64,000 nt of DNA from contig JAFATB010000025.1 in the NCBI GenBank assembly GCA_019244185.1, forward strand, positions 224,001-288,000, read 5' to 3'. This document shows positions 1 to 11,400 of the stretch, one piece after another (the stretch's first letter is position 1; each line of letters begins with the position of its first letter). This stretch comes from Acidobacteriota bacterium. GTDB taxonomy: Bacteria > Acidobacteriota > Thermoanaerobaculia > Gp7-AA8. A program made the position numbers and the translations under genes. The notes under the pieces were generated by a model. It ran no database searches and had not been told where the DNA came from. It saw only the letters and a program-made list of their open reading frames with translations.

Positions 1-2924
1 CGGCCGACGCGTACGCGCTGTGGCACCACGATTACCACACCGAGGAATGGCGCGTGACGGTGATGCGCGGGCTGTCGCCCACCTACGGGCAACGCACGCT
101 GCAGTCGACCGGCACGGAGGAAGTGATCCTCCGCAACCCGTTCTTCGTGCACGATGTCTTCGCCTCGACGCTCCTCACCAAGGAGCTGCATGCGTTCTAT
201 CGAAGCGAAGGCATCCGCTCGCTGCTGGTCATTCCGCTGCACGTGCGTGGCGGCGCGTCGGGCACGCTCGCCTGCTACTACCGCACGCCGCACGAGGCCG
301 GCGAGGCCGATCTCCCGCTCGCGCGCGTGCTCGGCCACATCGTCTCCTCCGCCCTCGCCACGCCGCGCTTCGAGCGTTTCGCGGAAGCCGCGCGCGCCGT
401 CGCCGCGGAGCTCGATCTGCATCGTCTCGTGCAGACGGTGACCGACGCGGCGACGGAGCTGACGAACGCGCAGTTCGGCGCGTTCTTCTACAACGTGCTC
501 GACGAGGAGCGCGGCTCGTACACGCTCTACACGATCTCCGGCGTGCCGCGCGAGGCGTTCTCGCAGTTCCCGATGCCGCGCAACACCGACGTCTTCGCGC
601 CGACGTTCGACGGCACCGGCATCGTGCGCAGCGCGAACATCCGCAACGATCCGCGCTACGGCCACAACGCGCCGTACCACGGCATGCCGAAAGGCCACCT
701 GCCGGTCGTCAGCTATCTGGCCGTTCCCGTGATCTCGCGCACGGGCGAAGTGCTCGGCGGTCTCTTCTTCGGCCACAGCGACGAAGGCGTCTTCACGGAG
801 AACGAGGAGCAGGTCGCCGCCGCGCTCGCGGCGCAGACCGCGGTCGGCATCGACAACGTGCGTCTCTACGACGCGCTGAATCACGAGCGCCAGCTGCTCG
901 CGCGCGGCGAAGCGCGCTATCGCTCGCTCGTCCTCGCCGCGCCGACCGATCAGATCGTGTGGGTCACGACGCCGGAAGGCGAGATGAAGACCGATCTCGC
1001 CGAATGGAGCGCTCTCACCGGGCAGCCGCCCGCGGAGGCGCAAGGGCTTTCGTGGACGGAGGCCGTGCATCCGCAGGACCGCGCGCTCGCCGCCGCGGTG
1101 TGGCAGCAGGCGCTGGAGACGCGGAAGCCGTTCTCGGCGCAGTACCGCATCCGCACGCGCGACGACAGCTATCGCTGGTTCGCCGTCACGGGCGTGCCGG
1201 TCATCGGGCCGCACGGCGTGATGCTCGAATGGGTCGGCACGATCATCGACATCCACGAGCGCAAGACCGCGGACGACAGCCTGCGCTTTCTGGCCACCGC
1301 GTCCGACCTCCTCGCCTCGTCGCTCGATTACGAGACGACGCTCAAGAACGTCGCGCAGCTCGCGGTGCCGGAGATGGCCGACTGGTGCACGGTCGACATC
1401 GTCGACGACGAGGCGTCGGACACGTACCGGCGGCTCGCGGTGGCGCATGCCGATCCGGCGAAGGTGCAGCTCGCGCACGAGCTGCAGGAACGCTATCCGC
1501 CGGACCGCGAGCGCGACGCGATCGCGAACGCGATCCGCACCGGCGAGTCGATGCTCGGCAAGCACATCCCGCCGGAGCTGCTCGACGCGGCCGCGCGCGA
1601 CGACGAGCATCGCCGCATCATCCGCGAGCTCGGGCTGCTGTCGTACATCGTCGTGCCGCTGCGCACGCGCGAGCGCGTCGTCGGCGCGCTGTCGTTCATC
1701 TCGTCGTCGGAATCGCGGCGCCGCTACAACGAGTCGGACCTGCGCGTGGCCGAGGAGCTGGCGCGGCGCGCCGCGGTGGCCATCGAGAACTCGCGGCTGT
1801 ACGGCGCGGCGCAGGCCGCCAATCGCGCGAAGGACGACTTCCTCGCCACGCTCTCGCACGAGCTGCGCACGCCGATGACCGCGGTCCTCGGCTGGTCGCG
1901 CATGTTGCACATGGGTCTCGGTCCCGAGGAGACGCTGCAGGCGGTCGATGCGATCGAGAAGAGCGCGACCGTGCAGATGCAGCTCATCGAAGACATCCTG
2001 GACATGTCGCGGATCATGGCCGGCAAGATGCGCATCGAAACGTCGCCGGTCGATCTGCGCGGCGTGGCCGAGGCCGCGTTGTCGACGGTTGCTCCCGCGG
2101 CGGCGGCGAAGAGCATCGAGATCCTCACGAATTTCGATCCGCGCACGCCGATGGTCCTCGGCGATCCCGCGCGCCTGCAGCAGGTCGTCTGGAACCTGCT
2201 CGCGAACGCGGTGAAGTTCACCGATCGCGGCGGCTCGGTGGTGGTGAAGATCACGTCCCGCGGGAATGAGGTCGTGCTGTCCGTGCGCGACAACGGCGCG
2301 GGCATCGATCCGGCGTTCCTTCCCCACGTCTTCGAGCGTTTCCGTCAACAGGACAGCTCGACCACGCGCGCACACGGCGGCATCGGCCTCGGCCTGGCGA
2401 TCGTGCGGCATCTCGTCGAGCTGCACGGCGGACGGATCGAGGCCAACAGTCCGGGCATGGGCTTCGGTGCGACGTTCACGCTCGAGCTGCCCGCGCTCGC
2501 GCGCGGCACCCAGGCGGTCGTCGCAGCCGCGCACGCCGGCGCGCTGCCGTCGCTCACCGGAACGTCGCTGCTCGTCGTCGACGACGAGGAGCTGACGCGC
2601 GACGTCGTGGCCGCGATCCTGCGCCGCGCGGGCGCGAACGTGACCACCGCGGAGTCGGCGCGCGAGGGACTGCGCGCGGTCGACGCGGTGCGTCCCGACG
2701 TCATCGTCTGCGACATCGCCATGCCGGACGAAGACGGCTACGCGTTCGTGCGCGCGCTGCGCGGGCGCGACGGCGTGTCGGGCATTCCGGTCATCGCGCT
2801 GACCGCGTTCGGCCGTCCCGAGGATCGGGAGCGCGCGCTCTCGAGCGGCTTCGACGCGTATCTGAAGAAACCGGTCGATCCAGCCGTGCTCGCCGCGGCC
2901 GTGCGCGAGGCGACCGCGAGGTAA
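1..2924 (+). CDS. Hybrid sensor histidine kinase (GAF-GAF-PAS-GAF-HisKA-HATPase-REC), 5'-truncated by window edge
   Basis: H-box [13 protein letters not shown]-box [11 protein letters not shown]-boxes DNGAGI/GGIGLGL, C-terminal receiver (VVDD...CDIAMP...KKP). The frame stays open back to the window start. Confidence 0.95.
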   Translation, partial: ADAYALWHHDYHTEEWRVTVMRGLSPTYGQRTLQSTGTEEVILRNPFFVHDVFASTLLTKELHAFYRSEGIRSLLVIPLHVRGGASGTLACYYRTPHEAGEADLPLARVLGHIVSSALATPRFERFAEAARAVAAELDLHRLVQTVTDAATELTNAQFGAFFYNVLDEERGSYTLYTISGVPREAFSQFPMPRNTDVFAPTFDGTGIVRSANIRNDPRYGHNAPYHGMPKGHLPVVSYLAVPVISRTGEVLGGLFFGHSDEGVFTENEEQVAAALAAQTAVGIDNVRLYDALNHERQLLARGEARYRSLVLAAPTDQIVWVTTPEGEMKTDLAEWSALTGQPPAEAQGLSWTEAVHPQDRALAAAVWQQALETRKPFSAQYRIRTRDDSYRWFAVTGVPVIGPHGVMLEWVGTIIDIHERKTADDSLRFLATASDLLASSLDYETTLKNVAQLAVPEMADWCTVDIVDDEASDTYRRLAVAHADPAKVQLAHELQERYPPDRERDAIANAIRTGESMLGKHIPPELLDAAARDDEHRRIIRELGLLSYIVVPLRTRERVVGALSFISSSESRRRYNESDLRVAEELARRAAVAIENSRLYGAAQAANRAKDDFLATLSHELRTPMTAVLGWSRMLHMGLGPEETLQAVDAIEKSATVQMQLIEDILDMSRIMAGKMRIETSPVDLRGVAEAALSTVAPAAAAKSIEILTNFDPRTPMVLGDPARLQQVVWNLLANAVKFTDRGGSVVVKITSRGNEVVLSVRDNGAGIDPAFLPHVFERFRQQDSSTTRAHGGIGLGLAIVRHLVELHGGRIEANSPGMGFGATFTLELPALARGTQAVVAAAHAGALPSLTGTSLLVVDDEELTRDVVAAILRRAGANVTTAESAREGLRAVDAVRPDVIVCDIAMPDEDGYAFVRALRGRDGVSGIPVIALTAFGRPEDRERALSSGFDAYLKKPVDPAVLAAAVREATAR

Positions 2925-2930
2925 CGCAGC

Positions 2931-3410
2931 ATGCAGCCGAGCAACACGCCACCTCCCGCACCGTCATCGACGACGATTCCGGCACTGGCGCGGCATCGTC
3001 CGTCGCCGAAGTTCGTCATCGCGATCCTGCTTCTGGTGATCGCCGCGTTTCTTCTCGGCTTCATCCCGGAGCGGCTCGCGGCGCGGCGGCTCGCGGCGTC
3101 GCTGCACGAGACGGAGCTCGAGCTGCGGCTGGCGAATCTCCACCGCACGCTCGGCGTCGCCAGTCACGAGGCGATGCGCAACAACTTCTCGTCGGCGGGC
3201 AGCGCCGCGCGCGCGTTCTTCGACGGTTGCCGCACACTCGCCGAACAGGAGCCGATGCCCGATCGTCCGCGCACGCACGGCGCGCTCGTGGCGTACGCGC
3301 AGTCGGCGGACGTCACGATGACGGAGCTTGCGGCGGCGGACCCGCGCGCGAAGGAACGGCTCGCCTCGCTCTACCTCACGATGCAGGGACTGCTCGAGCG
3401 CCGCCAGTGA
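2931..3410 (+). CDS. Hypothetical protein with one N-terminal transmembrane helix
   Basis: 159-aa ORF 6 bp after the kinase stop; hydrophobic FVIAILLLVIAAFLLGFI followed by a helical region. Confidence 0.8.
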   Translation: MQPSNTPPPAPSSTTIPALARHRPSPKFVIAILLLVIAAFLLGFIPERLAARRLAASLHETELELRLANLHRTLGVASHEAMRNNFSSAGSAARAFFDGCRTLAEQEPMPDRPRTHGALVAYAQSADVTMTELAAADPRAKERLASLYLTMQGLLERRQ

Positions 3411-3413
3411 GCG

Positions 3414-3427
3414 GGCAACCGTTTTGC
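3414..3427 (+). promoter_or_regulatory. Putative sigma54 -24/-12 promoter
   Basis: GG-CAACCGTTTT-GC (GG-N10-GC with TTGC), 20 bp before the ATG at 3448. Confidence 0.55.
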
Positions 3428-3447
3428 TTCTCGTTCGTCGAACCCAT

Positions 3448-3753
3448 ATGCGATTCGCGATCGAAAGCAGACTCCTCTCTCCTGCAGTAGATGCGATTCG
3501 TCGCCGTCCGGACGTCTCGCTCGTCCACCTCGAGGCGCGTGATGAGGCGGAAGCCATCACGACGTATGCGTTCGCCGAGGATGGCGTGATCCTCGAGCTC
3601 GCCAAGCAGCACGTGCACGCGGAGATGGTGGGCACGCTGCGCAACGCGAACGGTACGTACCTGCTGCGCGCGTATCCCGACGCGGAACCGGTGAAGCGCC
3701 CGCGCCTCGACGACGCCATGCCGCACGACGCGGCGTGGTTCGCGATGGCCTGA
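3448..3753 (+). CDS. Small hypothetical protein (101 aa)
   Basis: ATG at 3448 (MRFAIESRLL...), protein-like composition, fills the gap between neighbours, preceded by a sigma54-like motif. Confidence 0.65.
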   Translation: MRFAIESRLLSPAVDAIRRRPDVSLVHLEARDEAEAITTYAFAEDGVILELAKQHVHAEMVGTLRNANGTYLLRAYPDAEPVKRPRLDDAMPHDAAWFAMA

Positions 3754-3754
3754 C

Positions 3755-4477
3755 TCAGAACAACGGCAGCCGCGACAGCGGCAGGATGGCCATCTTCAGA
3801 TTGAGGCTGATGACCTTGAAGAGATCGGCGGTCTCGGGCGACACCGGCACACGCGTGAAGAGGATCGACGCGAAGAGATCGCCCGTCGTGAGCAGTCCGC
3901 CGACGCCGAGCACCGACGCGATGCCGTACCGCTCGACGAACTCCTGCTGCGCGACGATGTACGGACTCCCCTTCGCCTGCGGGACATAGAAGACGTTCGA
4001 CGAGCGGTCGTTGCGGTCGAGCAGCAGCGCCGGACCGGGACGCACGACGCTGGAGATGCTGAGGCCGAGCTGCGTGATGAGCTGCGCGATCATCGGCGCC
4101 TCGCTGACCATCGACTCGCTCGCGAGCGGAATGGCGAGATGTCCGCGGGAGAGGCGGCGGTCGTTCCAGGCGGGCTCGTCGCCGGCCGTGGCGAGCAGCA
4201 CGAGACAGCGGAGATCGGGCACGGATGCGGCCTCCGGCAGCATCCGCCGCGCGAACTCCTGCAGCTCCGGATCGAGCGCGTCGTAGCGATGCGTCTTGAA
4301 GAGCCGCACGAGCACGCACGCGGGACGCCCGTCCGCGTCGACGAACTCGTCGCGGAAGAAGCGCACGACGCGCGTGGCGGCTTCCCCGAGCGTTTGCGGC
4401 GGATCGTCGAACAGCGACCGGATCGCGCCGCGGCATTCCATGAGGTCGTTGAAGCCGAAGGTGGCGAGATTGAACAC
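3755..4477 (-). CDS. Hypothetical protein, possibly GAF-like fold
   Basis: 240-aa globular ORF; segments such as SPYIVAQQEFVERYGIASVLGVGG...FASILF resemble a GAF-type beta sheet. Confidence 0.75.
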   Translation of the reverse strand: MFNLATFGFNDLMECRGAIRSLFDDPPQTLGEAATRVVRFFRDEFVDADGRPACVLVRLFKTHRYDALDPELQEFARRMLPEAASVPDLRCLVLLATAGDEPAWNDRRLSRGHLAIPLASESMVSEAPMIAQLITQLGLSISSVVRPGPALLLDRNDRSSNVFYVPQAKGSPYIVAQQEFVERYGIASVLGVGGLLTTGDLFASILFTRVPVSPETADLFKVISLNLKMAILPLSRLPLF

Positions 4478-4520
4478 GAAGCGCGCATGCTAACAGGCTC
4501 GCGCCGTCAGGCGACGTCGG

Positions 4521-5201
4521 TCAGGCCGCCTCGAACAGCGCACGCAGCGAGCGCTCGCCGTGCGGCGTGAAGGTCACGGCGCGGCTGTCGGGCTCGCGCC
4601 GCGCCCAGCGGAGCGCGAAGATGCGCGCGAGGATCGCCGCGCCGAGCGCGCCGCCGAGGTGCTGGCGGCGCTCGCTCCAGTCGAGGCAGGGGCGGCAGAG
4701 CGCGCGGCGCGAACGCGCGAGCCCGTCGACGTCGATGCCGAAGCGCGCGAAGAATGCCTCGCCGTCGCGCGAGACGCTGCACGCATCGCGGCCGTCGAGC
4801 AGCTTGCGCGCGCGCAGCGCGTCGAGCAACCACACGCCGCGCTCGCCGGCGAGATGGTCGTAGCAGACGCGCGCGGCGCGCAGCGCGGGATCGGCGGGAC
4901 CGGTGCGGCGGACGGGCGCGCCGCGCTTCGCCGCCAGTCCCATGAGTTCTTCGAGCAGCGACGCGACGTCGGCGTCGAAGAGGCGGAAGTAGCGATGGCG
5001 TCCCTGCTTCTCGATGGCGAGCACCTGCGCGCCCGCGAGCTTCGCGAGATGCGCGCTCGCGGTGGAAGGCGCGATGTTCGCGTCGAGCGCGAGCTCGGTC
5101 GCGGTCAACGCGGTGCCGCGCATGAGCGAGGTGAGCATCCGCGCGCGCGCCGGATCGCCGAGGAGCGCGGCGAGGGCCGCGAGATCAGGAGCGTCCGGCA
5201 T
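4521..5201 (-). CDS. ArsR/SmtB family transcriptional regulator (long form)
   Basis: LLGDPARARML...TATELA...STASAHLAKL...QGRHRYFRL; C-terminal ARVCYDHLAG and CLDWSERRQHLGG. Confidence 0.9.
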   Translation of the reverse strand: MPDAPDLAALAALLGDPARARMLTSLMRGTALTATELALDANIAPSTASAHLAKLAGAQVLAIEKQGRHRYFRLFDADVASLLEELMGLAAKRGAPVRRTGPADPALRAARVCYDHLAGERGVWLLDALRARKLLDGRDACSVSRDGEAFFARFGIDVDGLARSRRALCRPCLDWSERRQHLGGALGAAILARIFALRWARREPDSRAVTFTPHGERSLRALFEAA

Positions 5202-5589
5202 CGCGTGTCCAGCTCGCCGACACCTCGCGGCCGCGCGCGAGATCGTCGACGACGAGGATGAGGTTGTGCTCGTGATCGCTGTACTGCACGGCGATGTTGA
5301 CGCCCGCGTCGGCCATGCGCCGCGCGATCTTGCCGAGTTGGCCCGGCTCGTCCTGCCGCAGCTTCTGCACGACGACCTCGTGCTCGCCGGCGACGCGGAT
5401 GCCGGCCGCGTCGAGCGCCGCGCGCGCGGCAGCCGTGTCGCGGTCGTGAAAGAGAAAGTGCGCGACGCCGGCGCCGTTCGCGACGAAGACGCCGCCGCCT
5501 TCGATGCTCACGCCGGCGCGGCCGAGCGCCTCGCCCATCTCCGCGAGCGCGCCGGGACGATCGTCGAGCGCGATGGCGAGGTCCTTCAC
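5185..5589 (-). CDS. ACT-domain (amino-acid-binding) protein
   Basis: GTG start overlapping the OsmC stop; two ACT motifs DDRPGALAE...GVSI and QDEPGQLGKI...GVNI. Confidence 0.85.
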   Translation of the reverse strand: MKDLAIALDDRPGALAEMGEALGRAGVSIEGGGVFVANGAGVAHFLFHDRDTAAARAALDAAGIRVAGEHEVVVQKLRQDEPGQLGKIARRMADAGVNIAVQYSDHEHNLILVVDDLARGREVSASWTRDAGRS

Positions 5590-6068
5590 GCGCGCACCTC
5601 CGGCTCGTTGCGAATGGGCACGCTGCACGAGTTGGCGATGAAGCAGAGCTGGTGCGCACGCTCGTGCAGCGCGGTGGCACGCTCCACGTCGGCGCCCTTC
5701 GCGAGCACGACGCGTGGATGCAGCACGACTTCCTCGAACTTGCCGCCGCCGCCCGCGTCCGTCGTCATCGTGCCGGTAGCGGCGTCTTCGTACGAAACGA
5801 CGGCGATCCCTTGCCGCGCGCAGAGCGCGAGGTACGTCAGCATGTGACACGCGGAGATCGACGCGACGAAGAGGTCCTCGGGATTCAGCAGGTCCGCATC
5901 GCCGCGAAACGCGACGTCCGCGCTGCCGGCGAGCTCCGGCTTGCCGTCGACGAGCACGCGGTACTGCCGGCCGTACTCCGCGTACGTGGCCGTGCCGTTG
6001 CCCCGATTGCCGTCCCAGACGAGCCGCATGTGAAAGCGATGTGCGTGTGCGCCGCCTTGCATGTGCAC
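5586..6068 (-). CDS. OsmC/Ohr family protein
   Basis: NPEDLFVASISACHML and AHQLCFIANS, the two-Cys OsmC signature. Confidence 0.9.
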   Translation of the reverse strand: MHMQGGAHAHRFHMRLVWDGNRGNGTATYAEYGRQYRVLVDGKPELAGSADVAFRGDADLLNPEDLFVASISACHMLTYLALCARQGIAVVSYEDAATGTMTTDAGGGGKFEEVVLHPRVVLAKGADVERATALHERAHQLCFIANSCSVPIRNEPEVRA

Positions 6069-6125
6069 ATCCTACGGCGCGCCGCGCGGCGACGCTTCGG
6101 TGCGGGACGAAATGTGGGAGAGGGT

Positions 6126-6202
<77 letters not shown>

Positions 6203-6259
6203 GAGACGCGGCGCGATTATATGCGGAGTCGGCGCGTTCTTCGCGCGCGCGGGACGCGC

Positions 6260-6814
6260 TCAGCCCGCGGTCGCGGACCGCGACGGCGCTTCGCGATGGC
6301 GCTCGATGGCCATCGCGGCGGTGTGCGTGATCATGTCGGTGAGCTCGCGGTCGGCGGGGCTCGGGTCGCGCACGAAGCGGTAGTAGTTGGCGAACGTGCC
6401 GAGGACCTTGCCGTCGGAGCCGTGGATCGGCGTCGACCAGCACGCGCGCAGACCGTACTGCAGCGCGAGGTTTTTGAAGTTGGCCCAAAGCGGATTGTTG
6501 GCGATGTCGAACACGGCCACGATCGTGTTGTGGTACGCGGCGGTGCCGCACGAGCCGACCGCGGGGCCGATCTCGATGCCGTCGATGGCGGCGTTGTACG
6601 CCTCGGGCAGCGACGGTCCGGCGCCGTGCAGCAGGTGGCGTCCCGACTCGTCGAGGATGAGGATCGAGGCGAGCATGCCGGAGTGAGCGATGTTCTCGAC
6701 GGTGCGCACGAGCTCGTCGAGCGTCTCGTGCAGCGGCGCGCCCGAGTCGATCATCTCCGTGATGCGCTCGCGCGCCCGCGCCATGTCCTGACGATCATCG
6801 GCAGACAGAGTCAT
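6260..6814 (-). CDS. Stand-alone GAF domain protein
   Basis: GPSLPEAY...IGPAVGSCGTAAY...DIANNPLW...GLRACWSTPI...VLGTFANYY, a typical GAF sensor sequence. Confidence 0.9.
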   Translation of the reverse strand: MTLSADDRQDMARARERITEMIDSGAPLHETLDELVRTVENIAHSGMLASILILDESGRHLLHGAGPSLPEAYNAAIDGIEIGPAVGSCGTAAYHNTIVAVFDIANNPLWANFKNLALQYGLRACWSTPIHGSDGKVLGTFANYYRFVRDPSPADRELTDMITHTAAMAIERHREAPSRSATAG

Positions 6815-6828
6815 TGCGAGCAGCCTCT

Positions 6829-6842
6829 GCAGAAATCATACC
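6829..6842 (-). promoter_or_regulatory. Putative sigma54 -24/-12 promoter for the GAF gene
   Basis: Minus strand GG-TATGATTTCT-GC, 14 bp before the ATG at 6814. Confidence 0.5.
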
Positions 6843-6854
6843 GGCTTCAGCGGC

Positions 6855-8411
6855 CTACTGCGAGGCGCGGAAGAGGACGATCAGCACGCCGAGGCCGATG
6901 AGGATGAGGATGGCCGGTAGGACGATCGAGCGTCCGCGCGACGGTGCCGGCGCGGCCGGCATCGACGCGGTGTCGGACGTCGCGGACGGGGCGGCGGTAA
7001 CGGACGTGTCAGTCGTGGAAGTAGACGAGGTTGTGAAGCTGGTGTCGGTGCTCGCGGTGTCGCTCGGCGCGGTCGTCGCCGAGGTTGACGATGAAGTTGA
7101 CGCTGTTGACGTCGATGACGACGGCTCGGTGGCGGACGGTGACGTGATCGGCGACGGCGTGGTCGCTGCCGTGCTCGCTGCCGTGCTCGACGGGGCGGGC
7201 GGCGGAGTGTTCGGCCGCGACGACGCGGGCGCGGGCGACGGCGCGTGTGTCGTCGTCAAGGGCGGCGCCGCGGGTGCGTGCGTTGCGGTTGCAGGCGGCG
7301 TGACGGGCGCGGGACGCGAAGGCGTGCTCGTGCTGCGCGTCGTGGACGGACGCGTGGCGTCGGCGATCTGCGTCGGTGTCGTGCGCGGCGCTGTGGTCGT
7401 ATGTGACGGCGTCGTCGTACGCGAGGTGCTCGCGGGCGGCGTGAATGTCGTCGTCGTCGTGCTGCGCGTCGGCGACGAACGCGTTGTGTCGGCGACCCGC
7501 GATGGCGTCTTGCGCGGCGCTGCCGAGCGGGACGACGTCGGCGTGCGCGAAGTGCTCGTCGACGGCGCGGGTGTCGTCGTCGTGCCGCGCGAGCTGCGCG
7601 TCGCCGAGGAACGCGTCGCATCAGCCACATGCGTCGACGGCTTGCGCGTCGTCGACGAGCTCGCGTGCGTCGTCGTCTCCGCGCTGCGCGTCGACGACGG
7701 CTTGTGGCTCGTGCCGCGCGGATGCACGGGCGGCAGCGGGACGTACGGCTCGTCGACCACCGTGGTGTGACGCGTGGCCGTGCGCGGCGGCGCGGGCACG
7801 TGGATGCCGAGGCGCGGGAGGCGCGAGGCGGCGAGCGCGGCGAGGAACTGGCGCGTCTCGCGCGCGGGATAGAAACGGCGGCCGGTCTGGTCGGTCAGCA
7901 CGTCGTCCGCGATCGCGTCGCGGTAGCCGGGATACGCGCTCGCGACCGCGTACGCGCCGGAGCTCTCGTCGAAGAACGGCCCTTCGAACTGCGTGGTCCA
8001 GACGCGGGCGATGTCGTCGTAGACGTGCAGCACGTCCTGCGCGGCGGTGCGGTCGCCGCCGGGGGGATAGGCGTCGACGATCTCTTTCGCGCGCTCGAGG
8101 TGCGCCTCGAACGCGGGACGGTCGTCGCTGGTGATGGCACGCTGCGCGAGCTCGAGCTCGGAGCGCAGCTCGTTGCGCGGCGGCGCGACCGGCGGCATCG
8201 CGGGGATCTCCGGCACCGCCTCGAGCTCGGCGAGATCGACGCGCGGCTGCGGCGCGGTGGTGAGTCCCTCTTCGCATTCCGCCGGCGCGGCGCCGCTCGG
8301 CTTCGGATTGCGCACGACCAATGGATTGAGCGGCGCCGATGCGCCGATCAGCGTCATCGCGCCGAGGATCACCAGCAGAAGCAGTCCGACCCCGCGGCCG
8401 CGATGCATCAC
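6855..8411 (-). CDS. Secreted/surface protein with Ser/Thr/Pro-rich stalk and C-terminal membrane anchor
   Basis: N-terminal signal-like hydrophobic stretch, helical domain, long T/S/P-rich region with ADATR-like repeats, C-terminal IVLPAILILIGLGVLIVLFRASQ. Confidence 0.8.
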   Translation of the reverse strand: MMHRGRGVGLLLLVILGAMTLIGASAPLNPLVVRNPKPSGAAPAECEEGLTTAPQPRVDLAELEAVPEIPAMPPVAPPRNELRSELELAQRAITSDDRPAFEAHLERAKEIVDAYPPGGDRTAAQDVLHVYDDIARVWTTQFEGPFFDESSGAYAVASAYPGYRDAIADDVLTDQTGRRFYPARETRQFLAALAASRLPRLGIHVPAPPRTATRHTTVVDEPYVPLPPVHPRGTSHKPSSTRSAETTTHASSSTTRKPSTHVADATRSSATRSSRGTTTTPAPSTSTSRTPTSSRSAAPRKTPSRVADTTRSSPTRSTTTTTFTPPASTSRTTTPSHTTTAPRTTPTQIADATRPSTTRSTSTPSRPAPVTPPATATHAPAAPPLTTTHAPSPAPASSRPNTPPPAPSSTAASTAATTPSPITSPSATEPSSSTSTASTSSSTSATTAPSDTASTDTSFTTSSTSTTDTSVTAAPSATSDTASMPAAPAPSRGRSIVLPAILILIGLGVLIVLFRASQ

Positions 8412-8449
8412 GTCATCACCTCTTCAAAAATCGCCACGTCGCGGTGCCG

Positions 8450-11400
8450 TCACATCGCCGCCTGAACTTCCTGCGGCAGATGTTTCTTGAACAACCGGAT
8501 CAGGTCGTCGACCGCGAGCGGCTTCGCGACGTAGTCGTCGACCTTGAAGTAGTCGAGCGCCTCGTTGCGATACTTCCGGTCCGTGTACAGCCCCGTCATG
8601 ATGATCGCCTTCGAGCGCGAGGTCGACGGATCCTCTTTCAGCAGACGGCACATCTCGCGGCCGTCGAGCTTCGGCATGAACGCGTCGGAGAGAATGAGAT
8701 CCGGACCGTACTCGCGCGCGAGCGAGAGCCCTTCCTGGCCGTTCGCACCGACGACGAAGCCGTAGCCCATCGTCGTCACGACGGTGCGCACGATGAGCTG
8801 CACGTTCTCGTCGTCCTCGACGAGCAGGATGAGCGGGCGCTTCACCTCGTCCGGCGACGGATTGATGCGCGCGCCGAGGGAACGCTTCGAGCCGATCATC
8901 TTCCGCTCGAAGAGCGACGGCGGCGCGTCCATCCAGAAGCGCTCCTTGTACGACGCGGGCGCCTTGCAGAAGCAGTTGCCGCAGTGCGTGCAGAGCAGCG
9001 TGTTGTCGCGGCCGACGCAACTGCACCATTCCGCGCGCGTGGCGTCGAACGACTGCTGGCAGGTGACGCACGTGACCTCGTAGCCGTCGTGCGCGCGCAC
9101 CACGAGGCGCGGCTGCGACGGCTCGGCCAGCACGTCCGCGAGCGGCACGTCGTCCGCGTGCGACTCGTCGTGGCGCTCGTCGTTCGACACGTCCTGGCGA
9201 TGCAGCTCGTGCAGGTCTTCCTGCACCGGCAGTCCGGCCACGCCTTCGAGATGGCGCTGCAAGAGGTTGATGAGATCCGTGATCGCCACCGGCTTGGCGA
9301 TGTAGTCGTCGACGTGGAAGCGCTTGACCGCCTCGCTGCGGTACTTCGTGTCGGTGTAGAGGCCGGTCATCACGACCATCTTGCATTCGGCGCCGAGCGG
9401 CTCTTCCTTCAGCATGCGGCACATCTCGCGGCCGTCGAGCTTCGGCATGAACGCGTCGGAGAGAATGAGATTCGGGCGATAGAGGCGCGCGATGTTGAGG
9501 CCGTCCTGGCCGTTCGTCGCGTAGATGAAGCCGTATCCGAGGTTCGAGCAGACGCGCTGCACGATCGCCTGGATCTCCTCGTCGTCTTCGACGCACAGCA
9601 CCAGCGGACGCGTCACGTCTTCGGGCTGCGCGTTGTCGGGCAGATGTCCCTGCCGCCGCACCTCGGCGCTCTTGCGCTCGAAGAGTCGCGGCGGCGCCTG
9701 CACCCAGAACTTCTCTTTGTATGAGGGAGGCGCCTTGCAGAAGCACGCCAGGCAGTTCGTGCAGACGAGCGTGCGCTCCTTCGTGAGGCAGCTGCACCAG
9801 TCGGCGTCGATAGCGTTGAAGAGCGCGCGGCAGGAGAAGCACGCGACGTCGTATTCGTCGTTCGACGCGTTCGCCGCGCTGGCAGCGCTGATGGGCTCGA
9901 CTTCTTCCGGCTCGTGCTCGCCGACCGGCGCGGGACGCACGATGCCCATCGGCGCCGCGGGCGCGTGCGGCGCCTGCGGCATGCGCTGCGGCGGCGCTGC
10001 GGGAGCCTTCGTCACGCGCGGCAGCATCTGCGTCGCCACCAGCTCTTCCGGTTTCTCGCGCGCCTGCTGCGCGAGGCGCATCAGCTCGTCGACGTCGTAC
10101 GGGCGGACGATGAACGCCGCGTAGCGGACGCTCTGCGGCAGCAACCCGGACGAGCGGCCGGTGACGAGGATCGGCAGGTTCGGCGCCTTCTCCGCGATCG
10201 TGCGATAGATCGTCTCGAATTCCGGGTGCTCGGCGTCGAGACAGATCGCGTCGGGGCGGAAGCGGAACAGCTCATCGACGGCGTCGACCCAGCGCTCGAC
10301 GACTTCGACTTCCACGCCGCGCAGGCGCAGCTTCGGCACCGCGGTGTCGGCGGTGGCGCGGCGGCGCTCGAGCATGAGCAGGCGCGGCTTGCGCGCGTTG
10401 TGCGCCTTGCGGCGCGCGGACGGCGCCGGCGACGAGAGGTTCGTGCGGCGCGGCGGCTGATTGCCGGAGATCTTGCGGTTGTTGAGGTTGACGCCGGAGC
10501 GCTCCTCACCGCGGAAGAGGTCCGCGATCGCGCCGATCCACGACGTGCGTTGCGCGGTGCGCGAGTCGCTCGCCGGGCGCGGTGCGGCCGGCATCTGCAT
10601 CGCGGACGCGGCGGCGCCGGGCGTCTGCTCGTCGCGATTGCGGCGCGCTTCCTCTTCGACTTCGCGGCGCATCTGTTCGACGCGCGCTTCCGCCTCGCGG
10701 GCGATGGCCTCGCGCTCGGCGGCGACTTCTTCTTCGAGCTTCGCCCGCAACGCGAGGCGTTCGGCTTCGAGTCGTGCTTCGAGCTCGCTGGCGAGCCGCG
10801 CCTCGAGCTCGCGGCCGGCCGCTTCCCGCTCCGCGCGCTGCGCCTCGACGGTCAGGTGTTCCGCGGCGAGACGCTCTTCGAGCTCGCGCTCGCGGGCGAC
10901 GCGTTCGGCGAGCTCGCGTTCGAGGCGTTCGCGTTCGACAAGCGCGACGCGCTGGGCTTCCTCGGCGGCGAGACGCGCTTCGAGCGCGGCCTGCTCGGCG
11001 TCCTGCGCCGCGCGTTCCGCTTCGAGGCGCTCCCGCTCGATCCGTTCGAGCTCCGCGACGCCGGCGTGCTCGCCGGTACGCTGCGCGAACTCGCGCTCGA
11101 AACGTTCGGCCAGCTCGCGTTCGCGCTCCGCGAGCTCGCGTTGGGCGCGCTCGCGTTCTTCCCGCGCCGCGGTCTCGCGTGCGACGCGCTCGCGTTCTTC
11201 CGCTTCACGCGCGACGCGCTCCGCGACTTCGCGCTCCATGCGCGCGGCCAGCTCGCGTTCGCGTTCAGCCAGCTCCCGTTCGGCGCGTTCGCGCTCTTCC
11301 CGCGCCGCGGTTTCGCGTGCGACTCGCTCGCGTTCTTCCGCCTCACGTGCGACTCGCTCCGCGACTTCGCGTTCCATGCGCGCGGCGAGCTCGCGTTCGC

